From Vitrella brassicaformis CCMP3155 (taxonomy: Eukaryota > Protista > Chromerida): DNA of 6,002 nucleotides. The stretch lies in assembly GCA_001179505.1 (NCBI GenBank), contig CDMY01001022.1, positions 1 through 6,002 of the forward strand, written 5' to 3'. A program made the translations under genes and the position numbers. Of this stretch, positions 1 to 6,002 are shown in pieces. The stretch's first letter is position 1; each line of letters begins with the position of its first letter. Below the pieces are notes generated by a model. The model was not told where the DNA came from. It was given only the letters and a program-made list of their open reading frames with translations, and made no database searches.

Positions 1-710
1 GGGAGGCCAACCCATTCGGCGACCACTACTTTCTAGGCCACAGGAGCGGCCAGCTAAGTATGAGACACAACAGCATGCGCAACCTTTTCTGCCGCATCCT
101 GGCTGAGGCGGATGTCGCTGCACACATGGAGGTCTACCTCCAGAATCTCGACGTCACCCCACCAGACAACGACCCCAACAGCCAGCGTATAGACATCTAC
201 TGGGTAGTCGAAGGCCAGGGATCCGTTCTGGACTTCACCATCACCCACCCCTGCCCACCGGACGCCTCCCCCATCCGCTCTCACAGAGACGTGAACCGGC
301 GCAATGCTCAGCTTTCGGGTGGGAAGGCAGCCGCCCTTGCCGAGAAAGCCAAGACCGACAAGTACGGCCCCACTGTCCAAGCCAGAGGCTTCCGTTCTGT
401 CGTCCTTGCCGCAGATACATTCAGCCGCTGGGCGCCCGCGGTGCTTGCCTTCCTCAAGACGCTCGCCAACAGGAGACCACGCACTTCGGCCATCCCAGCA
501 TCCGAAGATGTATCCTTCCGAGATAGGGTCATCAATCATTGGAGCCAGCTCCTGTCCATGGAGCTGATGAAGTACAGTGCATTCCGGGTGGCCAACCGCG
601 CGCAAAGGGCCGCAGCCGCGAGGGGACCTGCAAGGGCCAGTGCCTTTGCGGAGGACTTCATCAGCCGAGGCCCTTACAGGCCTCACACGAGGCCCCTCTT
701 TCGTGCATGA
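1..710 (+). mobile_element. 3' portion of RLE-class non-LTR retrotransposon (element 1); runs off the left edge, 3' boundary beyond 710 not determinable
   Basis: Inferred from the RLE domain ORF. No poly(A) tail or clear 3' junction is visible; 711-1094 may be its 3' UTR. Confidence 0.75.
3..710 (+). CDS. C-terminal part of a non-LTR retrotransposon ORF (end of zinc-knuckle region plus restriction-like endonuclease, RLE; CRE/NeSL/R2-type architecture), 5'-partial
   Basis: The frame is open from base 3 (EANPFGDHYFLGHRSGQLSMRHNSMRN...), so ATG 60 is internal. RLE motifs occur in canonical order: GDH (18-26), RHN (63-71), RID (D 192-194), LDFTITHP (D 231-233), AEKAKTDKY (KY 360-365), DTFSRW, then W..LS..L. 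The stop is at 708-710. Confidence 0.85.
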   Translation, partial: EANPFGDHYFLGHRSGQLSMRHNSMRNLFCRILAEADVAAHMEVYLQNLDVTPPDNDPNSQRIDIYWVVEGQGSVLDFTITHPCPPDASPIRSHRDVNRRNAQLSGGKAAALAEKAKTDKYGPTVQARGFRSVVLAADTFSRWAPAVLAFLKTLANRRPRTSAIPASEDVSFRDRVINHWSQLLSMELMKYSAFRVANRAQRAAAARGPARASAFAEDFISRGPYRPHTRPLFRA

Positions 711-1094
711 ATATGTCTGGCACTGCATGTGCATGCAGTTGCATGGACCGTGACTTTTGTGTGTGTCTGCTTTGCATGGTTGCTTCCCTGTTATGCGCTT
801 CCTGTGAGTATACACCTGCTGCTGCATGTCCTTGTGTGAAACTCAAGACGATCACTCGGTTCCCCTCATTTACCGAAAGATCTCATGAAGGTCGAGTGTC
901 TGTCAGTTATTGCATGAAATGGCCTGGTAGTATGCAGGAGTTCTTTGTGTCTCGCCATAAATCACATGAATTGCTCAGTGTTGCATCACTTTTGCGTGAA
1001 ATGCAATATGTGGAAGCCGGGGAGCCATCAAGTTGACTTGAGTTGATGGCGACACTAATGGATGTCTGATGGGCTTCTTCTTTTCACACACTCC

Positions 1095-1418
1095 ATGTCT
1101 CTGTGCGCACACCTGCGCACGCACGCGTGGACTTGGAGTATGTGTATATACTGAATGCCTCTGTGCGCACACCTGCGCACACCTGAATGTCTCTGTGCGC
1201 ACACCTGCGCACGCACGTGTGGACTTGGAGTATGTGTATATACTGAATGTCTCTATTCGCACACCTGCGCATACACGCGTCGACCTGGAGGGGATGTATG
1301 TACGTCTCTGTGCACACACCTGCGCACACACGCGTCGAGCTGAAGGGATGTATATAGTGAACGTCTCTGTGCGCACACCTGCGTCGAGCTGGAGGGGGTA
1401 TATATAGTGAACGTCTCT
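1095..1418. repeat. Minisatellite, ~60-bp unit, 6 units plus a stub
   Basis: Units are at 1095-1154 (60 bp), 1155-1186 (32), 1187-1246 (60), 1247-1301 (55), 1302-1360 (59), 1361-1410 (50), with stub ACGTCTCT at 1411-1418. The core is A(T/C)GTCTCTGTGCGCACACCTGCGCA. Units 1 and 3 differ at one base. Confidence 0.95.
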
Positions 1419-1580
1419 TTGATAAGGCAGGGAACTGCCGTTGTCAAACTCGCAGACGACCGGCAAAAGCAAACAACACGCCTGAGAACATTGCATGCAC
1501 AGCCAGTCAGACAGACAGACAGCATGTGAGTGTGCTAGGTGGTCTGTGTCGGTTTTAATATGCACCACAGAGTGTTGCAG

Positions 1581-1895
1581 GCAGCACCCGAACGAAAAAG
1601 CGACGAAATAGACGAGTGCGAAAAACAACCTGTCACAGCCACCACACCAACAGTACACCGACAGCACATACGTATGTCCACCCGTTTCCATCCCTACATC
1701 CCTTCACGTGTTCCACATGCATGCATACCAGAAAGGCAGATTGGCGACTCAGGTGCGAATGAAACCGATAGCTGTGCCCATGAGAGTGTTGTACAGCAGC
1801 GAGGGGGCAAAAAACAAAGGAGAACAGAAGACACGATCGACAGGACGATCATGAGCATGCAGCCAAAACGTCAGGCCCGGTTGTATTGTATATGA
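1581..1895 (+). CDS. Tentative 3' exons of a spliced, low-complexity protein gene (exon 1581-1671, intron 1672-1731, exon 1732-1895; preceded by candidate intron 1526-1580)
   Basis: GTGAGT...TTGCAG (55 nt) and GTATGT...ACCAG (60 nt) join open, hydrophilic frames (AAPERKSDEIDECEKQ..., ...QQRGGKKQRRTED...) ending at TGA 1893-1895. No recognisable domain and no start codon identified. Confidence 0.25.
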   Translation, partial: AAPERKSDEIDECEKQPVTATTPTVHRQHIRMSTRFHPYIPSRVPHACIPERQIGDSGANETDSCAHESVVQQRGGKKQRRTEDTIDRTIMSMQPKRQARLYCI

Positions 1896-2133
1896 TTGTG
1901 AGGAGCATGGAATGGACTGCTGAAGAGCCGGCGTCAGAGGTGTCTGGTTAGAAATGGTTTTCAAGCTTTAAGCAAACACACCAGCACCACTACGAAAACG
2001 TCAGTTTGGCTGACATTGCATGGCGATCCATCAAACTGACATGAGGGCGGCCATCGATAACTAACGAATAGCCTGATACTGACAGTCAGACACACAAAAC
2101 CCCGACAAAATTGAGCATTATAGGACGACTGTC

Positions 2134-2494
2134 TTCGCCTGTCCCTCTCCCTTTCATCCACATAATACTGACCCCACTCATGCTCATGCACCAGTCAGTG
2201 AGCGACAAATGCTCTCACCAAAAATAGCAGAAAAGCAGATAGCAGGCAGAGAGACACTCTAAAAGGCAAAAGCAGGCAGACAAACTGTATGCAACCATAA
2301 TCATGCATCAATCATTCGACTACAAAAAGCCAAACTACCGACTGCCACACTGCTGACGAATGAGTGCAGTGTGCGCCACCGCGAAGCTAGACTGTTCGCC
2401 TGTCCCCTCTCCTTTCCGTCCACACACAGACTGACAAATCAGACTCCACTCAGTCGCTCGCTCGCTCCCCGAAGCTCACCACCAGTCAGTGAGC
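2134..2494. repeat. Decayed local duplication (copies about 2134-2203 and 2395-2494)
   Basis: TTCGCCTGTCCC..TCTCC.TTTC..TCCACA begins at 2134 and 2395. The exact 15-mer CACCAGTCAGTGAGC occurs at 2189-2203 and 2480-2494. ACTGAC and CCACTCA lie between them in both copies. Confidence 0.75.
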
Positions 2495-3265
2495 ACTAAA
2501 AACAGCACAGACACGAGGGAAGAAGGCAGACAGGCATCGCATCGTGCTTTCCGTCCTCTCACTGGCTCTCTGTGAGGCAGAAACATGAGACGTGCGTATG
2601 ACACTGCCTCCCCCACTCAACCACTCATCTCACGCCATTGCTTTCGCCAACTCACGTACTTCTGCCCCTCTTGTTCTCACCGCCACGCTCTCCCCCTCGT
2701 CCAATCCTGTCGCCTACCGATGTCACCCAAGCATCCAAAGCTTGGGGCACCTACAAGGGTAAGCTTACAGGCTGACCAACACCAAAAAAGCCCTCAGGTC
2801 CCTGAAAAAAGATCGACTACAGGAAGAGGCAAATAGGCGTTCATTCATGGTAGAAAAGAGTAGGATCAGTAAGCGTCGGATAAGAAAGTCCTGAATACAG
2901 CATGCTGACCACTGCTGACCGCCGTGGTCATACTCATGCGCTCATCGTTTAGAGACTTACTCACTGGCCAAAAAGACCCCGACACACCTCAAAGGGAAGC
3001 GAGTGAGGCAGTTACACACAAAAAAACACATATCTCACCCAAAAAGTCAGGCGGTGGGTAGGATATGGATGTCCCTCTTGTGTGTCTCTGAGAAACCATC
3101 GATCCTCTCTCTGTCAAGCGAGAAGTGATCAATGCATACATGCTTTTTCCACCAGCATACACAAGTATGCACCATGACACACAAGTCATCATTGCCCGAC
3201 CGCAAAAGCACACGCTTTTGCCCACATTGAAAGGACTCAAGAACGTACGCATGCAGGTATACAAC

Positions 3266-3610
3266 GCAAGCAAGCAAAACCACGCATCGTCTGCCCCCCC
3301 TCCCTCCGACCATGGAAAGTAAGTACGCATTCCCTCCCACTACGCACACACGCTTAAAAAGCAAGCACGCATCTATACATCTACGCATCAGTCCCTCCTC
3401 ACATACACAAGCAAGCATGCAAAGGCCGCACCTCTCCCTTATGCATCCTGTGTTGTTCTCGTCTGTTCCCCTCCCGCTATGCAAAGCAAGCATGCATCGT
3501 CTGCACACAAGCACAAGCACCCACGCATCGGTTGCGCCCAAATCGTTAGACCACAACTTTCTCGGCGTAAGAAATGCAAGCATGCATGGAAGTCAATGAG
3601 CAAGCATGCA
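3266..3610. repeat. Cluster of GCAAGCAYGCA motifs (degenerate tandem repeat or cis-element cluster)
   Basis: GCAAGCA(C/T)GCA starts at 3361, 3411, 3486, 3576 and 3600, with partial copies near 3266 and 3510. GCATCGTCTGC occurs at 3284-3294 and 3494-3504. Confidence 0.7.
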
Positions 3611-3811
3611 CGGTCAGCGATCATCCATAGCAGCTCCTCACAAACACAAATGACGTCAAAAAGAAGTGCATTCGACAGGGCATAGCCTTCGATCGCCCAG
3701 CAGAGCCAAGCAAACACCCCACACCTCACTTTCTTGCGCACTCAACCAACCAACTTCATCGCGTCACGCCACACTCGAGACAAAAAGACCAACCGAGAGG
3801 CACCCCTGAGC

Positions 3812-5130
3812 CTAGAGGGCCGCCCTTCTGAGGGGCCTCTCATAGTCGCCCGGGAAGTGATCAGACAAGCACGTGACGAACCCCAGGGCAATGCGCGTGA
3901 ACAGGCGCAAAAACCTTCCCGCGAAGAAGCTGTAGGCCATCTTGTAGAGCGAGATGATGAACCACCAGTCCTCGTGGTTCTCGCGCTCAATGCAGATCTC
4001 CTCGGGATCGTCGACAATGCGCCCCGACACGCCCGTAATGAAGCGCTCACCGGCATGGTGACGGTAGCCGAAGCGGTAGGGGGGCACCTGGGGGACGATG
4101 TCGCCGCTGTTCACAAAGCGCAGACACTTCTTGCCGTAGTGACGATCGAAGAAGTCGCGGTAGCCTTCGTTACCGACGCGCGGCTGGGCGAATGTGAAGA
4201 CGCCCTTCACGCGCCCTCGGAGCGCTTCGTCGAGTCCGTGAGCGTAGACCGACGTCAGCGCAGCCCCCATGCTGTGTCCAGTGATGAAGATGGACTTGTC
4301 GGACAGCCCTTGAAGCACTTGGTCGATGGCCTCACGGATCGACACATCGCCCGTGCGATCCGCCCTGTCCTTGAGTGCGCGATGGAACCCCCCGTGGACT
4401 CTGCGAGGGGGGTTGTCGAGGTCCTCCCAACCGAGGGTGAAGTCCGTGCGCCACTGGATGAGGCTCAGTGGCATAGTGCCTCTGAAGACCACGAGGACGC
4501 AGTGCTCATTGCTGATGACGAAGGCGCTGGTCTCGTAGCGATCCTCAAGACGACGGTCTCGACGCGGAGATTGGAAGCGTTCGTGCCATGTCCAGCCCCA
4601 CCTCGCGACCACATCTCGAATGATGTCGGGGTGCTCGTAGGCGAGTTTGGCGCAGAGCATGGCGAAGTGGACGTTCCTCGGGCCGTCGAATCGGTCGGTA
4701 GGCTTGAAGAGTTTCGTGGGGTCATACCATGCGGTGGAGAAGTCGGGGTCGCTCACGTTGACGAGGGAGTAGGGGATGCAGTGGCCATCGAGACAGCAAT
4801 ACGGCTTGGCCAGGCGGAAGAAGACCAGAAATCTTCGCACGCACACCGCCAGGGGTACGGCGAAGTCGCTGAGGTGAAGGAAGCGCACGATGACGACGAT
4901 GGTCTCAAAGACAATGCCGTACAGGTGGACGAGGAACTCTTCCACTGGGTCATGCGCTGGGCAAGTAGGGGAGGGCTGGGGAACGATGGGACCGTTCCGG
5001 CGGGCACATCGGAAGACCTGCCCACACACGCACCATGCCCAACCATCGGAAGAGCTCATATGTGCATCCCGTCAAATGTGACAAAACATACCTTCAAAAA
5101 GTTAAGGAGGACGTTGTCCGAGACGGACAT
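3812..5130 (-). CDS. Class-3 lipase (triacylglycerol lipase family, plant oil-body-lipase-like), spliced: join(5130..5092,5017..3812), 414 aa, MSVSDNVLLNFLK|VFRCARR...
   Basis: The nucleophile elbow ITGHSMGAAL has GHSMG at 4279-4265. Also present are VVFRGT (oxyanion region), VHGGF, FTFAQPRVGN, RFVNSGDIVPQVP (catalytic Asp) and DHFPGDY (catalytic His). KLAYE and an N-terminal hydrophobic stretch resemble plant OBL1-type lipases. A phase-0 intron AAG|GTATGT...GGGCAG|GTC (5091-5018) links ATG 5130 in frame. Confidence 0.88.
5018..5091 (-). other. Spliceosomal intron (74 nt, phase 0) of the lipase gene
   Basis: Donor AAG|GTATGT, acceptor TGTGTGGGCAG|GTC; removal fuses two frames exactly. The ORF-track N-terminus (MSSSDGWAWCVCGQ) is intron sequence. 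Confidence 0.8.
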
Positions 5131-5211
5131 GATGGGGGACAACACCAAGAAAGGTCGAGCGGCTGGACTTCGCACGCTGTGGTGTGAGGCAGGAGTCGGG
5201 AATGAGGACAC

Positions 5212-5321
5212 CTGAAGAATTCATGACGCGACAGAGATGTCAGCAACCCATCGCTTCAAAAGACCTCTGGCACTCTGCTTCAGTCCTTCCTGCCATGCTC
5301 AGCCTCCGGTAGGCCTCATAC
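5212..5321 (-). other. Spliceosomal intron (110 nt) upstream of the lipase ATG
   Basis: Donor CAG|GTATGA, branch-point-like TGCTGAC at 5245-5239 (28 nt from the acceptor), acceptor TTCTTCAG|GTG. The flanking exons stay in the lipase frame. Confidence 0.65.
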
Positions 5322-5417
5322 CTGCAAGATCTCCACCTGACGCTTGAGATGATCGCCGGCTCCAATCTGCGAGTTCGATCTGAGCGAGGCGCCAGATTCC
5401 GCCGGTTCTGGCGACAG
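5322..5417 (-). other. Upstream 96-nt exon of the lipase transcript (5' UTR or coding, LSPEPAESGASLRSNSQIGAGDHLKRQVEILQ)
   Basis: It is preceded on the minus strand by a long pyrimidine tract and acceptor CTCGCTCAG (AG at 5419-5418) and followed by a GTATGA donor. Its length is a multiple of 3, it has no in-frame stop and it contains no ATG. Confidence 0.55.
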
Positions 5418-5445
5418 CTGAGCGAGACAATGACAGATGTGACCC

Positions 5446-5463
5446 AGAGAGAGAGGAGAGAGA
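5446..5463. repeat. Interrupted (AG)n tract, which reads as a polypyrimidine tract on the minus strand
   Basis: AGAGAGAGAGGAGAGAGA lies about 27 nt from the acceptor at 5418. Confidence 0.6.
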
Positions 5464-5513
5464 ACGAGATGCTTTTCCACGAGAGAGCGATCGCTCTCGT
5501 GACCGACCACCCA

Positions 5514-5817
5514 TATGGCGCCATCACCAGCCAGACCAGCTTCAAGTTCACCCCCCTTGCCTGCGAGACGTTCGGCCGCTGGTCGCCGGCCACAGAGGCA
5601 TTCCTCCACAAGCTGGCGGGCATCCCACTATAAAGACGACCCCAAGATGACGACCGGCCACATTGTGAACCGCTGGTGGTGCATGCTGTCCATCGCCCTC
5701 AAGCGGCACAACGCCCACATGCTCTTCGCCAAGACCAACCCCGACAAGAAGAGCGACAACACCCGCCCCCTCCCCGCTGACGAAGTCTGGGGCAGAGGCC
5801 TCTTCCACCCCCACTGA
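5514..5817 (+). pseudogene. 5'-truncated, frameshifted RLE non-LTR retrotransposon remnant (element 2)
   Basis: YGAITSQTSFKFTPLACETFGRWSPATEAFLHKLA aligns without gaps to element 1 (16/35 identical by hand) and has the canonical F.P...ETFG.W motif. One extra G in GGG 5618-5620 shifts the frame. Removing it gives KLAASHYKDDPKMTTGHIVNRWWCMLSIALKRHNAHML...RGLFHPH-stop (5817). All upstream RLE and RT motifs are missing. Confidence 0.85.
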
Positions 5818-6002
5818 GCCACACATCATACAACCACCTTCCCAGATGATGTTTCAGCCTATTAGAAGGACGCCGCTGCCCGCTTCGGCCGTCCCAGCGC
5901 AGCTTCGGCCCTCGTCAGACGCCGACATGATTGTTTCATCGGTCTGTCTGACGGTCCCTCGCTCTCCCACTCGCTCTCCAGCACATCGTCCGAGGTCGGG
6001 GG

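Noticed and set aside
54-827. 257-aa minus-strand ORF and other small ORFs over element 1
   Set aside because: They are antisense or alternate-frame shadows of the RLE ORF, which carries all the conserved motifs.
1095-1418. CRISPR-like appearance (palindromic conserved half plus variable half)
   Set aside because: The variable halves are homologous to each other rather than unique spacers, there are no cas genes, and the context is eukaryotic.
975-1691. Several overlapping ORFs (975-1691, 1069-1407, 1084-1329, 1155-1343, 1253-1525)
   Set aside because: They are by-products of the stop-poor tandem repeat; the translations are repetitive and lack domains.
2000-2040. 9-bp inverted repeat GTCAGTTTG/CAAACTGAC with a competing GTCAG/CTGAC stem
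   Set aside because: It is an isolated short stem with no supporting context or second copy; it is not evidence for a transposon end or a switch.
2353-2400. CTGACGA as a possible plus-strand hammerhead core
   Set aside because: There is no suitable stem II followed by GAAA and no stem III; the motif lies in the loop of an unrelated hairpin.
2530-3120. Scattered minus-strand splice-like signals (GTGAGA, GTGAGT, TTGACAG, CCTGTAG)
   Set aside because: I could not chain them into a coherent coding model with a start, stop or recognisable product.
2989-3741. Cys/Val/Leu- or His/Lys-rich ORFs on both strands
   Set aside because: Their composition simply reflects TG/CA- and GCAT-rich low-complexity DNA.
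5018-5059. ORF-track start of the lipase (MSSSDGWAWCVCGQ)
   Set aside because: It lies within the GT-AG intron 5091-5018; the spliced start at 5130 is better supported.
3734-5215. 493-aa plus-strand ORF antisense to the lipase
   Set aside because: It is in exact codon register with the lipase, begins at TTG and has no recognisable motifs. This is the expected shadow of a GC3-rich gene that avoids TTA/CTA/TCA codons.
1-6002. tRNA, rRNA, spliced-leader or telomeric target sequences typical of site-specific RLE elements
   Set aside because: None were recognisable on either strand by eye; a covariance-model search would be needed to exclude divergent ones.

Overview
Eukaryotic genomic DNA with short GT-AG spliceosomal introns and CA/GT- and GCATG-rich intergenic sequence; the organism cannot be fixed from the sequence. 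The central feature is a minus-strand class-3 (GHSMG) lipase resembling plant oil-body lipases. The ORF-track start at 5059 lies inside an intron. The supported coding model is join(5130..5092,5017..3812), 414 aa, with further in-phase upstream exon sequence (5211..5131, 5417..5322) that is either 5' UTR or an N-terminal extension. Two diverged plus-strand 3' ends of non-LTR retrotransposons with a restriction-like endonuclease (RLE) flank the lipase. The left one is an open C-terminal ORF (<3..710). The right one is a 5'-truncated, frameshifted remnant (about 5514..5817) that appears to sit inside an upstream intron of the lipase. Between them lie a polarised ~60-bp minisatellite (1095..1418), a tentative spliced plus-strand ORF end (to 1895), a decayed local duplication, a GCAAGCAYGCA motif cluster and a run of small hairpins with AC-rich loops. 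I found no convincing new multi-gene system. The best leads are a shared C-terminal RGx[YF]xPH motif in both RLE proteins and the intronic insertion with a candidate target-site duplication.
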